Positions 10,345 through 22,985 of a stretch of 64,000 nucleotides of DNA are shown in pieces. Where the stretch lies: assembly GCF_000143415.4 (NCBI RefSeq), contig NW_003314380.1, positions 144,924-208,923 of the forward strand. The letters run 5' to 3'. A program made the position numbers and the translations under genes. Position 1 is the first letter of the stretch, and the number at the start of each line of letters is the position of its first letter. The stretch is from Selaginella moellendorffii. Lineage: Eukaryota > Plantae > Lycopodiophyta. The notes under the pieces were generated by a model. That model had not been told where the DNA came from and did no database searches. It saw only the letters and a program-made list of their open reading frames with translations.

Positions 10345-12585
10345 TTATGTCACTGCCTTTGTCACGTTTGAAAGTAGCACGTATGGTCCCGAAGAAGCAC
10401 CTTCTTTCACCCCAAAAATCTTTTGCGATATTCTCTGTGCTCGTTCCAAGTCATTTGAGGTCTTACAGCAGCCGAGCAAGCTTGTCCACGCTACCGGCGT
10501 TGGCTCAAACGGCATAAAACTGAGCACGTCCTCTGCCAGCTCCAGCTTTCCAACCCTCCCGAGAAGGTCCGCGATGCACATGAAGTGATCGGCACTGGGC
10601 TCTATACCGTGATCTTGTCTCATGACGACGAAGAACTCGATGCCGGTTTTGAGCAAGCCTGCGTGAGCACAAGCCGAGATTATGGCGATGAAGGTAATAT
10701 AGTCGGGAAGCTCACCTTGGAGGGTCATATCCTGGAAGACTTTGAGAGCTTCCGAGCTGCGAGCACACTCGGCATAAGCTGCGATCACGGCACTCCACGA
10801 AACGACGTTGGGATTGTTGATGGTGTTGAAAACGTCTCTCGCTCTTTGTAAACAGCCACCTTCCGAGTACATGGTGATGAGAGCGTTTTGGACTCTGATT
10901 TGCTTCTCTAGTCCAGTCCCGAGGATGCTCGCATGGACCATCTTCCCATCTGGTATCGAGCAGAAGTCCAAAACGCTCACAACTGTGATCGCTTCCGGCT
11001 TCACACCTTCCAAGTTCATGGTTTTGAACAGCCTGAAAGCCTCACTGCTGTGTCCATTCCGCGAGAGAGCTCCGATCATCACATTCCACGGTACTATATC
11101 CTGTCCTTGCGAACTTCCTGTGACTTCTTCGAAGACCTTCCATGCGTCTTGCAGGCTTCCACACCTCCCGTACATGTCCATAAGAGCGTTGGCAAGAAGA
11201 CCGCGTCTGGGAAGTCCTGCCTCTGTAACAACACCATCAACCATTCTAGCTTTAGAGAGCTCACCAAAGCAAGAGCACGCATCAATAGCACTTAGAAACG
11301 TTACCTCGGATGGAGCCGTGCCGTCGAGGTCCATAAGTCCCAGGATTTGCAAGCCTTCCTCTCCAAGCCCGTGCTGTGCAAACACTGCGATCATCGCAGT
11401 CCATGCTATAACGTCCGGGTTTTCAATCTCTCCTAGTGTTCTTCGAGCATCCCGCACGCTCCCACACTTTCCATACGTGTTAACAAGAGCAGTCCCGACG
11501 ACAACATCGCTTCCAAGTCCATCCTCGTAGACTCTCCCGTGTATTTCCCTGCAGCAACTCAAATCCTTAGAACCAGAGAAGCAATCAACGAGAGTGATAA
11601 AAGTGACTCTGTCTGGCTTCGTACCTGATAAACACATCAAGTGGAAGAGCTCCATCACGTTCTTGCCACTGCCAAGTTGACGAGCGTATGACGCGATCAT
11701 AGTGTTCCAAGAAACCACGTCCTTTGCAACCATGGAATCGAAGAAATTTCTAGCTTTGTCCGCGAAAGAGTTGCTGGCATAAACCCACAGCATGCTGTTC
11801 CACGAAACTATATCTCGCTCGGGCATCTCATCGAAAATCCTCCTCGCTTCGTCGGGACAGCAGTGGCCGAATAAGCCGATCAATCCATTTCCAATCTTCA
11901 AGTCAGCGGCAAATCCAGCACTCTCGATCATCGTCTGGAGGATCTTCACCTTAGCTCTTGAGCAGAAGCCCGCAGCGCGGGAGGAAACGTTGAGAATGAT
12001 CACAAAGGTGATAGAGTCCGGCTTAGATCCTTCCAAGTTCATGCGTCCAAAGTGCTCTATGGCCTGTCCCTCTTGCCCATTCTCGGCAAATGCGGCTAGC
12101 ATCGCGTTCCACGTCGTAGCATTCTTCCCAGGCGTCTTCTCAAATATCTCTTTCGCCCGCTCAATCTCCCCATAGCTAGCAAACGCTTTCACCATAGTCG
12201 TCCATGACACCACATTCCTCTCAGGCATCGCCTCAAACACCTCCACCGCCTCCCACAAATGCCCATTCTGGGCAAATGCCTCGATCAGGATTGTCCACGA
12301 GAACACATTGGGGCTCTTGATCCGGGCCAGCGCCGATCGACAACCCTGGACATCACCGCAGCGCCCATACATCTGGATCACCAGATTCCCCAGCAGTCTG
12401 TCGCCTCCCAGCCCGGATCCGAGGATGAGATCCTCCGCTTGCCTGGCCTCCGCGATCGCGCTGAGCTTGCCGCATCTCTGGACGAGCGCCGCGAGATTGG
12501 AGAAAATGGCGCCGCTAGCGCCGCTACCGTATTGCTGGATCGATTCTTTCACCCTGGATAGGGTTACCGCCAAGGGCTCATCCAT
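10345..12585 (-). CDS. PLS-class pentatricopeptide repeat protein ending in an E-type motif, no DYW domain
   Basis: Repeated (N/D)VVSWN.MI..Y, LI.MY..CG and P..ITF motifs. C-terminus DLLGRVG.L..AE..L..MPFEP...W.SLL..C...PYVLLSNV. First ATG at 12585. Confidence 0.92.
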   Translation of the reverse strand: MDEPLAVTLSRVKESIQQYGSGASGAIFSNLAALVQRCGKLSAIAEARQAEDLILGSGLGGDRLLGNLVIQMYGRCGDVQGCRSALARIKSPNVFSWTILIEAFAQNGHLWEAVEVFEAMPERNVVSWTTMVKAFASYGEIERAKEIFEKTPGKNATTWNAMLAAFAENGQEGQAIEHFGRMNLEGSKPDSITFVIILNVSSRAAGFCSRAKVKILQTMIESAGFAADLKIGNGLIGLFGHCCPDEARRIFDEMPERDIVSWNSMLWVYASNSFADKARNFFDSMVAKDVVSWNTMIASYARQLGSGKNVMELFHLMCLSGTKPDRVTFITLVDCFSGSKDLSCCREIHGRVYEDGLGSDVVVGTALVNTYGKCGSVRDARRTLGEIENPDVIAWTAMIAVFAQHGLGEEGLQILGLMDLDGTAPSEVTFLSAIDACSCFGELSKARMVDGVVTEAGLPRRGLLANALMDMYGRCGSLQDAWKVFEEVTGSSQGQDIVPWNVMIGALSRNGHSSEAFRLFKTMNLEGVKPEAITVVSVLDFCSIPDGKMVHASILGTGLEKQIRVQNALITMYSEGGCLQRARDVFNTINNPNVVSWSAVIAAYAECARSSEALKVFQDMTLQGELPDYITFIAIISACAHAGLLKTGIEFFVVMRQDHGIEPSADHFMCIADLLGRVGKLELAEDVLSFMPFEPTPVAWTSLLGCCKTSNDLERAQRISQKIFGVKEGASSGPYVLLSNVTKAVT

Positions 12586-12819
12586 GCTCAAAAGTGACAC
12601 GTAAGGGAGCCACCTTTAAGCCTAGTAGGATTCAAACAGCCACGTCCGCCTCCAGCTTGTAGCCACGTAGGATTACACTGCCATCGCATCTCCACGTACC
12701 AGAAAAATAGTGCCACGCAGGGCAGCCAGAAATTTTCTATGTAAAAATCTGTACAACCTATGGAGGTGTCACAAAAAGCTTTCCCTGTGACAATGAGCGT
12801 GAGAAATTTGGGCTGGTTC

Positions 12820-13741
12820 TTAGCCAGTGGAATTTCCAGAGATATAGATCCGATGGACCATCGAATTGGTGAGTTTTCTCCGGCAAGTCGGGCACCTCTT
12901 CTGGGCCTGGATGGCGGATAGAATGCAACTCCCGCAGAACAAATGCCCACAAACCGTGGACGTCTCGTTCTTCATCGTGTCGAAGCAAATGCCGCAAGTG
13001 AGCGATGGTTCCTTGGCCGGAGGAGGCGCTGGAGCAGCCATCTTCTTCTTCTGCGAGACGAGATCTCGCAACTTAGCTGGGAGCGACGAGGAACAAATGT
13101 AGATCTAAGTTGGAGCTCTTTACCTGGGGTCTCTCGTACACAACCTCGCAATCTTCCGTGGTGAGATCGATCGTTGTGGGATGAACACGCTTTGATCTAT
13201 GTCGTTGTTGTTGTTGTTGTTGTGGCTGCTGCTGCTGCTGTCGAGCTCTAGATTGTAGCTTTCTCGATTTTCGTGGAGGCTTCGACCCTATACGAAGATC
13301 ATGAAGAAAAAAAAAAACCAAAGTTCTCAGCGAGATAGTAGAAACGAGAAGAAACTTTGTACCGGAAAATCCCAATCGCAGTTGTAGAAGGTCTTCCTCG
13401 GTATGATTTTCATCGCCCACGGCCTAAAGAGGCAAAGCAAATTAGAAAAGGCAAAACAAAAGGAGAGGAAAGTTTTTTCTTCTTCTTCTCAACCAAAGAA
13501 ATCTAACCTGAGCAAACGATCTGGGCGAACAGACTTGGACATCGTCATCGTCGTCGAGGATAACAATCGCCGCGCTGGTTGAGGCATAGCCAGGCCCTTT
13601 CGATGACGACGAACTCACAGAATCAGGGCTCGACATCAAGTCCAAGCCTCGGCGCCGCCCTGCAAAACATCGCATCGCGGACTCAATCCGAGCCCTCCCA
13701 TCCGCCCGCCCCATACCTGAAAAGATCCTGAGTCGATTCAT
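12820..13741 (-). CDS. RNF4-like RING-HC E3 ligase with SUMO-interacting motifs (plant STUbL type), about 5 exons
   Basis: C-terminal RING CGIC...CGHLFCGSC...CPTCRRKL...VHRIYI. SIM-like IVILDDDDD and TTIDLT, and a polyQ tract. Introns at 13660-13716 and 13424-13507 plus two more. The start codon and last acceptor are uncertain. Confidence 0.8.
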
Positions 13742-14121
13742 GGCGACAATGCCCGGCCGCGCCGGCAGTCCATGCGAGATGAGCGCAGCTATGGGATCCA
13801 GCAAAAGAAGAACTACTGGCAGCGGGAAGAAGCGCCCTTGCCCACAAACCCTAAAATGGGAACCATACACGAAGAAAATCCACAACTGTACACGAAAGCC
13901 GTCGATGCCCTGGCACGGACGCTCATAATCTTGCCACGACTGCGGCTGCCAACGTGGCCCTAATACCAACGGTCTGACTAGAACTAGGGCTCTTCCTAGA
14001 TCTGGAAATCCCGCGTCCTCGATTCAAATCGAGCGTCAATCGATCTCTGCGCGGTGTGATCTAGCAAGAGCTCCACGGCGATGCCGCAAGATCTCCTCGA
14101 CTCAAGCGAGCTGGCCTTTGG

Positions 14122-16743
14122 ATGCTAATTTGCCACAAGCGATGGCGATCTTCTCTATCGGCTGGATTCATCGCTCTCAGCAAGCGAGCATTTGGAATGG
14201 AGGATTTCCAGCGGCAGCGAGAGGATCTGGCGCGGGGTTTCCAAGCTTGCGGTGACGAGGGATCGGCAGACGCGCTTGCGCAGGGCAAATTTCTTCACTC
14301 CCAGGCCGCTCGCCTAGGCCTTGATCGCGACGAGCTTCTTGCCAAGAACATCGTCCACATGTACCTCCGGTGTGGATCCATCCCCGGCGCCAGGCAGGTC
14401 TTCGACAATCTCCACGATCGCGATGTGATCCTCTGGACCGCAATGATCACGGCATATGCCCGGAACGGGGATTTCCAGCAGGGAATGGCGCTACTCCGGG
14501 CGATGCTGCTCGACGGCGTGGCTCCAAACAAGATCACGATCTTGGCCGCGCTGGGGACGACCGATTGCGTAGTGGAGTCGCGATCGATCCATAGAATTCT
14601 CGCGGTGGAGAGCGGATTGGAGTGGGATGTGAGCGTCGGGACCGCGATCGTGAGCATGTATTGCCGCTGTGGTAGCCTCGAGGACGCGATCGATCACTTC
14701 GAGCAGATGCCAGTGAAGAACGTGGTGACGTGGAGCGTCGCCATGGCCGGTTGCAAGGAGCTCCATCGCCCGGAGCTCGGGCTGGAGATCTTCCGGGGGA
14801 TGCTGCTCGAGGGCGCGGCAGTGGACAAGATCACGCTCGTCACACTACTTGATCTGTGCTCTTCCTGCGAAGATGTGGTGGTGGGGGGAGAGATCCTTCC
14901 CGACGATTTTCTCGGGAGATTCGGCGAGGAGATAGAGACCAACGTGATCGTCGGCACGGCGCTGGTGAATCTCTACGCCAAAGCTGGCGATCTGGAGAGA
15001 GCTTGCGGCGTTTTCTCGCGGATGAAGAACAGGAACGTCGTCACCTGGACGGCGCTCATCACCGCGCACTGCTGCTGCGATCGCGACGAGCAAGCGCTGG
15101 AGATCTTCCGGCAAATGCAGCTGGAGGGAGTTCGTCCCAACGCGGTGGTGTTCGTCAACGTCTTGAACGCCTGCTGCTCCATGCCCGCCGCGGGAAGAAC
15201 AGTCCTGGAGCTCGTCCTCGAGTGTGGAGCCGAGCGCGACGCCATCCTCGGCAACGCCATCGTCAACATGCTCGGCAAATCCGGCCGCCTGGACGAAGCC
15301 CGCGAGTTCTTCGAGCGGCTCAAGAGCAGCGCCGCCACCCGCAAGAACTTGGTCCTCTGGAACGGGATGCTCGCGGCGTACGCGCTCCAGGGCGAGTTCC
15401 CAGCGGCCATGGAGGTGTTCGCCGGTATGCTGCTCGAGGGTGCCAAGCCCAACAAGGCAACGTACGCCAGCGTCCTCCTCCATTCCCGCCGAGCTCTCAA
15501 GAGCGTCACCTCCCAGCGCCACCTCAAGCTCTTGCGTCTCTGCGCCGAGGAGACCGGGCTCGGAGAAGCCATCGCCGGGTTGAGCACTCTGGATCATGGT
15601 TGCGAGCACGATGATCGCGGTCGCTCGCCCCGGGACGTTGTTTGGTGGACGGCGCTCATCGTCGAGTCGGCTGAAGATGGTCGTTACAGCGACTGCCTGG
15701 AGCACTTTGGGACGATGCAGCTCCACGGCGTCAAGCCCAACGCGGTCACTCTCGCCAACGTTCTCTACGTCCTCGGCCTGGACCGCGGCAAGCTCTTGCA
15801 CGGCGTGATGGTCGACAGCGGGGTGGCGGTGGACGTTGGCGTCGGCACTGCTCTCATGAATCTCTACGCGCGGTCCAAGCTCCCGGAGCACGGCCACCGG
15901 GTGTTCCTGGAGATGGAGGAGCACACCACCGTCTCCTGGACTGCGATGATCGCTTGCTTCGCTCAGAACTCCCGGAACGCCGAGGCGCTGGGACTCTACC
16001 GGCGGATGCATCTCGAGGGCCACCGCGCCGACGCCAAGACCTTCACCACCATTTTGCTGGCCTGCTCGAGTTTGATCGCGCTGCCGGAGGTGAGGAGCAT
16101 CCACAGCTGCGTCCACGAGAGTGGCTTCCACATCAACGACGCCGTGAGCACTACTTTGATGAGCGCCTACGGCAAATGCGGCACCCTCGAGGACGCGTCC
16201 CGGATCTTCCTCCACAGCAGCAGCACCAATCCGCTCAACACCTCCCGCTGGAGCTCGATGATCGCCACCTCGGCCAGGCACGGCTGCGCGGCGGAGGCGG
16301 TGGCGATCTTCCACCGGATGCAGCAGGAGGGAGCTCGGGCCGACGACGTAACTCTGCTGTGCGTCCTCGCGGCTTGCAGCCACGGCGGCATGACCGCCAA
16401 GGCCGTGGAGTTCTTCGTCTCGATGATCCACGACTACAAAGTTGGCCGGACGGGCGACCATTGCTCTTGCATGGCGGATCTCCTCGGACGGAATGGAAGG
16501 CTGGAGGATGCCGAGGAGCTCATTCGCAAGATGCCGTTTGAAGCTGCGGCGTCGGTGTGGATGACGCTGCTGGGGGCTTGTAGAACTCACGGAGATCTTC
16601 CTCGAGCTAAAGAAGCCAGTGACCAAGTATCCGGTATCAACCCCGAGCATGCACAGAGTTACATAGTGCTCTCCAATGTCTATGCGGAGAGTGGAACTAA
16701 ACAAGACCACAGGTGTTCGCGAACGAGTTGCTTAGCTCAGTGA
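14122..16743 (+). CDS. PLS-class PPR protein ending in an E-type motif, no DYW domain
   Basis: 873-aa intronless ORF of PLS repeats ending DLLGRNGRLEDAEELIRKMPFE...SYIVLSNVY. Confidence 0.92.
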   Translation: MLICHKRWRSSLSAGFIALSKRAFGMEDFQRQREDLARGFQACGDEGSADALAQGKFLHSQAARLGLDRDELLAKNIVHMYLRCGSIPGARQVFDNLHDRDVILWTAMITAYARNGDFQQGMALLRAMLLDGVAPNKITILAALGTTDCVVESRSIHRILAVESGLEWDVSVGTAIVSMYCRCGSLEDAIDHFEQMPVKNVVTWSVAMAGCKELHRPELGLEIFRGMLLEGAAVDKITLVTLLDLCSSCEDVVVGGEILPDDFLGRFGEEIETNVIVGTALVNLYAKAGDLERACGVFSRMKNRNVVTWTALITAHCCCDRDEQALEIFRQMQLEGVRPNAVVFVNVLNACCSMPAAGRTVLELVLECGAERDAILGNAIVNMLGKSGRLDEAREFFERLKSSAATRKNLVLWNGMLAAYALQGEFPAAMEVFAGMLLEGAKPNKATYASVLLHSRRALKSVTSQRHLKLLRLCAEETGLGEAIAGLSTLDHGCEHDDRGRSPRDVVWWTALIVESAEDGRYSDCLEHFGTMQLHGVKPNAVTLANVLYVLGLDRGKLLHGVMVDSGVAVDVGVGTALMNLYARSKLPEHGHRVFLEMEEHTTVSWTAMIACFAQNSRNAEALGLYRRMHLEGHRADAKTFTTILLACSSLIALPEVRSIHSCVHESGFHINDAVSTTLMSAYGKCGTLEDASRIFLHSSSTNPLNTSRWSSMIATSARHGCAAEAVAIFHRMQQEGARADDVTLLCVLAACSHGGMTAKAVEFFVSMIHDYKVGRTGDHCSCMADLLGRNGRLEDAEELIRKMPFEAAASVWMTLLGACRTHGDLPRAKEASDQVSGINPEHAQSYIVLSNVYAESGTKQDHRCSRTSCLAQ

Positions 16744-16859
16744 AAAACGATGAGAAGCACCTGTCGTGAGCTTGAGGTAAAGTTTGTCTGGAAATGGAGC
16801 TGCGGCATAGCGTCATAGACTCGTTTTGCATCTTCAAGTTGGGCATGGAGTGTTTCGTC

Positions 16860-16975
16860 CTAAAACGGATCTGATTGAATGCCTCTTTGACGCTCCCGAA
16901 TCTGCCATACCATTGCACCAGCATGTTTGCCACAAAAACATGGCGAACAAGAGTGACGTCGGATTCCATACTCAA
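16860..16975 (-). pseudogene. Short PPR-like fragment
   Basis: HVFVANMLVQWYGRFGSVKEAFNQI resembles a single PLS repeat, with no flanking repeats. Confidence 0.45.
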
Positions 16976-17042
16976 CTATATAAATACATCTACTTTCGGA
17001 AAAAGTTAGGTCATCGTTCTGGAATGGAGGAGACTGCTGTAC

Positions 17043-18363
17043 ATGTCGGTCACAGATCCTGAGCGGCTGGATGAGTGCCTCAAACGTTTGGCGTTTAGTT
17101 CATGGCAAGGGATGTCGAAGCAGGAAATCTGGGACACGCTGATGCGTTTAGGGGTACCATTCAATTATTTAGCTTCGAAGCACAGTGTTCTTCTGAGCAG
17201 GCTGACTGAAAGGCCAGTGGAGAAGCCGCTCCCCTCACTCGATGATCCCAAGCCACGCCGCAGCTTGCAGCAAGCGAAGCAGGAGAAGCAGCAGCTGCTG
17301 AGTTTCTACAAGCTGCTGGATGCTTGGAAGCCCAGCCGCTGGAGCAGGAGTAGTCACCGCCTGAAGAAAGCGTACTCAAGCCTGATGGATGAGGCTAAGC
17401 CTCAGGCTGAGGCAGCCATGCGGAAGAAGTGCCGTGGCCTGTTGTTATCTTCACATGAGCTGCTCGATGAGGGGATTCCAGATGCTGGCGATCCAACTGA
17501 CAATGAATAGTCAGTACCTAGATGCGCTCAAGAGAAAGGCGAGCAGTAGCAGCAGCAGCCTGGCCTTACTCCTCGGGTTCTTGTCGCGCTTCCTTGAGCT
17601 CATGTTGGGAGGAATCCTGCTACAGATGAGGGACCTGCGCCTCGTGTTCATACACTGGTGCGCCGTGGTGCTGGAGGAAGTGGAGGTTGCCGAGTCCAAC
17701 ATTTGCTGGAAGCACCTCATCGAGCTCTCCACCACGCTTCTCAGCGAGGACGAGGAGAAGTTGTTGCAGCTCCTCTGCAAAACCTGCCGCCCCACCAATC
17801 ACCTCCTCCAGGGCATGCGGGTTGCTAGGAAGAACACCAACGCAGACATTATGAATGTTTGTTAAGATAGATAAGATTAACTGTTCATGAGGTCGGAACC
17901 CCTCGAGCTATACAAAAAGCTAGGTACTTATTTTGGATGTTGGCTTGAGGAGTTCTCAATCACCACAGAGCTAAAGAGGTGGCAATATTCCTTCTGGAAG
18001 ATACGCGACACTTAACAGGAGGGCTATTGTGTCCATACCATCCTATTGTGTTGTTGAGGTGTTGGTGGGTGCTGGGCATCAATGTGTGGTGTGTGTCACT
18101 GTTTCCACCTCTTCATAACAGAGCTGGCAAAGCCGTTCCTCCCAGGGGAGAAGGGGTCGAGACCATTCCGCAACTACATCATGCAGTCGGTGACCGCCTG
18201 CGATCCTGTGTTTCCATTCGAGGATAACTCAGTTTTGATTTCTTTCAGTGTTCACCATTCAGAGATACCGCACGAATGTCGTAGAGTGATCAGCTCCTTG
18301 CAGCAATGCCATATTCAATTTAACATTTGTGAAATGGAAAAACATACGGTGTGGCAAGCATAA
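17043..18363 (+). other. Broken ORFs of unknown origin (decayed gene or transposon cargo)
   Basis: Coding-like composition in overlapping frames (17043-17510, 17389-17865, 18082-18363). No recognisable domain. Lies within the insertion separating the halves of the 16019-23295 duplicate. Confidence 0.3.
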
Positions 18364-18589
18364 CTTAGTACTTAAATTCTTCTCTGTTCTTCTTAAAGAA
18401 TCTATCAATCCAATCCTGGCAACAAGCTTTGGAGGCTCCAACATCAATACAAGTGTGTGGTGCTGAAGATTTGTCTCTCGTTTTCTAAGAGAATAGAAAG
18501 CTTTCTTGTTCTTGATCCTGCAAGAGATACAACATACAGGTAAGAACTAGAGTGCGATGCGTTTCAGCCCATACTCAAGGTTTCTCGGT

Positions 18590-21500
18590 GTAAATAATAT
18601 ACCTGGAATATCTAAGTATATTTTAAAATATTTTTCAATCCAACTCTTCTCTATAATTTTTTTAATCAATGTTTAATGCTAATAATTTTACTTATGACTA
18701 ATATAAATTGTTTTTTAATAGAAGATTTGAGCATGTATTATCATGGTTTACAAGAGAAAAACAACAGCTTATCTTCTTGGCATGTACACTTCAATATATT
18801 CACCATACTCTCAAGCTTCCATGCTATCATAGATGGAAGAGAATTTGTTAGTAATGATGAGATTTGCCATATATTGCAATTGATAAGCATGATTGTCCCA
18901 TTGTCACAACTAGAACTATGAATCAATTCATGATATTAGGGCTATTGACATTGTTGATTGAATGCTAAAAGGTTTATTTGTTAGCAGAGTGATTTTCAAC
19001 TAATGGAGCCAACTTGTTCAAACTCCTTGAGCTCAGCTTGGTATCATGTTCAATCCTCACCTCCAGCACCTTAGTCAAAACATCAATAGGATCTAAAATG
19101 CAAATTAATTTATCGAATCAAAGCTTATTGATATTGTTGATTGGATGTTGAGTTGTAGTGGATCCTAACATGTTCCATCCTCACCTCCACCACCTTACTC
19201 AAATTGTTCCTCACAACATTAGTAGGATCTATTGCAAACTCACCATTCAATTAGTAATGTCAATAAGCCCTGATTCAATAAACTAATTTGCAATTCTAGC
19301 ATGTTCAATCCCTAGCATTTAATTAACAATGTCAATAAGCCCTAATTTAGTAAATTCGTTTGCAATCCCAACATGTTTAATCCTCACCTCCACCATCTTG
19401 CTTAAATTTTTCCTCACAACATCAATAGGATTCATAGCCATTGCAACTCAAATTCAATTAGCAATGTCAATAAGCCCTGATTTAGTAAATTAATTTGCAA
19501 CCCCAACATATACAGTCCTCACCTCCACCACCTTGTTCAAATCATTTTTCACAACAATAATAATCTATAGTCACTACAACAATGCTTTTGGAGGAACTTA
19601 GTTAAATGTATCCCATGAGCCAATAAATTCTTCATCCTCAACAATGGTCATTAAAATCACTTTGGAATTGTAAATTCTCACCAACCAATCATACTATCAA
19701 ACTAATCTTCTCTAAGATATGATTGGTAACATGCCCCTCTCTTTCAAGGTAAATTGGCCTGTGTTAATTTATCAAGTTATCCCAATAATAGAGTGTGAAC
19801 CTTGTAGTATCTGTTGCATCTTTTTAACAACACTACTCAGATGACATCAAGGCCTTTATACACTTGAATTCCTTTTCTAGATCATCCATTAGTAACTAAT
19901 TTTCCACCTTGTGAATTGCATAACTGTATCAAGTGAGCCAGATGCCATAAGGTGTATTAGTTTCATGACACAAACCAGGAACATAAATCCAAGCTTATTA
20001 TTTTAAGCTACCATGTGTGGGAGTTTCCATACAAGGATAGCGACATGCTTTTCTAAAGGCTTTATGCCATGACTTTCCTTGTTGTGAGAAGCTAGTGAAG
20101 ATTTTGGAGGAACAACCACCTAATTTGAAGTTTGAGATAGTTTGAGACAAAAGCATAGCTAAACTATGCTTTTGTCAAAATAAAATTTGTAATGAAATAG
20201 AGATAAAAAAATAAAAAATTTCATCTATATAAAGAAAAGAGTAAATGTAAAATAACAAATAAAGGTTTAAGATTATAAAAATTATAATAAAACTTAATTT
20301 ATACCGACATAACATTCTTGAATAAAATATAAAACAAACCATAGCAAATTGTTTCTAAACCCTATAAATCACTAAACAGTTGATTTGGGAGGAGCAAAAG
20401 ATAAAAGGAGGAGAATGGAAATAAGAAGGGTTAAATTCACTTTATAGTGATAATGTTTAAAACATTTAAAAGTGTTATTGAAATTTTCTTTAGGAAAATA
20501 AGTGTTTGAGTGTGTGAGCTCTAATTATAGTGAGGATTGGAATGACCTCAATGTAACTCATAGTCAACTGTGGAAACACAATATTCCTAAATAATTCTTA
20601 ATATGATCTATTCATTAGATTCTGACCAAAGTTATAATATGGCAATATATTGTATAACACCTTGTGGTCTTGTTTTTGGGTAAGATTTCTATTAGGATTG
20701 AGATAGTTGGAGGTTGGTTTCAAGCCCAATTTGTTCTTTTCACTTTTATTGGTCAAGAAATAGCTTTGTAGTGATTCATCCATGAAAGGAGTAACTTTGC
20801 AATGGTAGAAAGTATTCACTAAGATGTATTGTCAAATGGGTTGCCATGTTTATGCATAAAATTTTAGCAAAAACACATCATAAACTCTGTTTGTGCCACA
20901 CATTAGAAACATCCAATATGTCAATATCATCCATCCATTCAAATAGGTTCTTATAGAATCACACCACATGCTCGTACAATTCATCCTATAAGTTGTCAAT
21001 GCATTGCAAGATAGGGAGGTTAGTAGTGATGAATATACATTAGAAAATATTAAAGTCAAAGTTGGTTTCTTGTTAATATCCCACAAATAAAACTTTTGTC
21101 TTGAAGATCCTAACAACATTCCAACTTGCTCTCTATTACATTATGTTCATGAGCATTATCACTCTTTAGGCCAGCCAAATCTATATATAGCCCATATATA
21201 TGTGTTGAAAATTACATGGTGGTTGATAGCTTGCAAGTGACTATATAATGAGTTGCCCCACATATCAAAGCGTGAATGTAGAATTTATATGATACAAACT
21301 TGTAATATGCTACCACATAAAATGTTTAAGTCTTCATAATTACAATGAAATTTATTCATAGTTTATATGGCATAACATATAAAGCTTCACATTAGTGTAA
21401 ATCTGTCTTCAAATTTTAGACAGATGCCTCTATTATAGCTTTGCCAGATCATGCATTGCTAATGCTTTGTGAACTTACCATTAGCTGAATCTATATTTTA

Positions 21501-22505
21501 TTGTTTGATAACTATATTGGAAGTTGATGATACCAGCTATTTATAGCTAGGTTAGTTTATATACCTCCTCTGTTGGTACTCTATTATATACACCCTTCCA
21601 ATTGAGAATGACAATATATATATTTCTATAACATATTTGTACAACATTGGTCTTGTAATTTAGAGGTAGTTTCCTAGGTATATAGTTTTCATATTAAAAA
21701 TCTTGAGGAGTAGCTAGGTGCTAAATGCATCTAGACTAGAAAATCCTCTTGTTCGCAAAAAAGTCTTCAATGTTTTAGAAATTAAAAAGTTACAGATATG
21801 AGTGTGAAATTTCTAATTACAGGCAAAACATTGTCTTCCACCACTTCTTCCACATTATGGAACCACTTTTAGAAGCAGAGGACAAAATGTTATTTGCCTC
21901 CTCATATAGTGTTTCACATAACTATTTGAGCTTACTCATTGAATTGTACACTAGCAAATCCTTTTATTTGCAAAAAGGTTTTCGAATGCTTGTCAACACC
22001 TTATCTCCATGTTTTTGGACTCAACAACATACGCTCACCATATAGTGTGTGCCTTATGTTTTGGCCCTAACCCAGGACCCATTGAGAAAAACTCATGATT
22101 CATGGATACCATGAATGCATGTGGCATCCATGCATAGGTTATATGACTCATGGTTTCCATTATAAAGAGATATTTGTGTATATAAATAAATTGTTATGCA
22201 TTGCATATAATAACGTTTGGTTTACTTAATAGTAGTAGTATTCTTACTTATTAATCCAATTGATCAAATAAAGTTTATAATTATAAGTATGTTTGTAATT
22301 TATAAACACAAGATTAATCTTATTGCATATCAATCATTAGATGATAGAATAAAAAAGAATATACTAAAAAGGGTTTAAGAAAATTTATAAATTATAAAAA
22401 AATGTATAAATCATAAATACAAAATTAATTTAAATGAATAACAACTGTCAGATGGTAAAATATCCTAGAATATCCAAGAATATCCTAGGTATATCCACTA
22501 CCATC
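18590..22505. mobile_element. Decayed AT-rich, CpG-depleted insertion, possibly a DNA transposon with degenerate terminal inverted repeats
   Basis: Abrupt shift to very AT-rich DNA with almost no CpG and no long ORFs. 18597-18645 aligns to the reverse complement of about 22445-22495 (24/34 identities in the core by eye, mismatches largely transitions). Confidence 0.45.
19040..19565. repeat. Degenerate tandem repeat, about 125-140 bp unit, 4 copies, with a partial inverted copy at about 18930-18975
   Basis: tcctcacctcca recurs at about 19054, 19177, 19381 and 19516. aatgtcaataagccct recurs at about 19256, 19328 and 19462. Confidence 0.75.
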
Positions 22506-22849
22506 CTATAGATTTGCTTAAACAAACCAAAAACTCATTTATCTAACATCCAATCAGAAATTAACAACTTGGTGCAATTTACAAATTGCACTCCATATTT
22601 GGGAGTATTTTAATGCAGAACTTGGCACTGCGTGTTTGATGTAGGGGAGAAGGCATATATCCTTCCTTTGCTCTTGATATAATCATGGTTAAAATGCACG
22701 AGGTACATGCTCCATCCTCGACGAAAGAGACTAAAACGTTTCCACTGTTGGTGAAGATCCCGAGCTTGGCGAGTGAGCAGAATGTCGGTCGAATTGTCTG
22801 GTTCTTACATTGAGCTTTTTTTGTGCAGGTGGTCGGCACTGAGCGAGAA

Positions 22850-22985
22850 AGCTGGCTCTTTTGGTGTTGCAGGCGACGACGAAGAGGACGACAGTGGTCG
22901 GAGAGAAAGTGAAACATCACCAGTCTTATCTGTGTTATGAGAAAAATTTGGAGCGGGCTTTAGGAGTTGTTTTGTAGTGGCTCTA
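22850..22985 (-). pseudogene. Degenerate duplicate of part of the JAZ gene (matches about 24498-24652)
   Basis: KPAPNFSHNTDKTGDVSLSLRPLSSSSSSPATPKEPAFS versus JAZ KLTPNLPHNTDKTGDLSLSLGPPSSSSSPPTPKQPAFS. Confidence 0.85.

Noticed and set aside
14845-16710. 621-aa ORF antisense to the PPR gene (also 54974-56578, 286-1323 and 2791-3675)
   Set aside because: Shadow ORFs from GC3-rich codon usage in real genes; no domain-like content.
19040-19565. Spaced direct repeats superficially like a CRISPR array
   Set aside because: Eukaryotic context, the intervening sequences are homologous to each other, and there are no cas genes. This is a degenerate tandem repeat.
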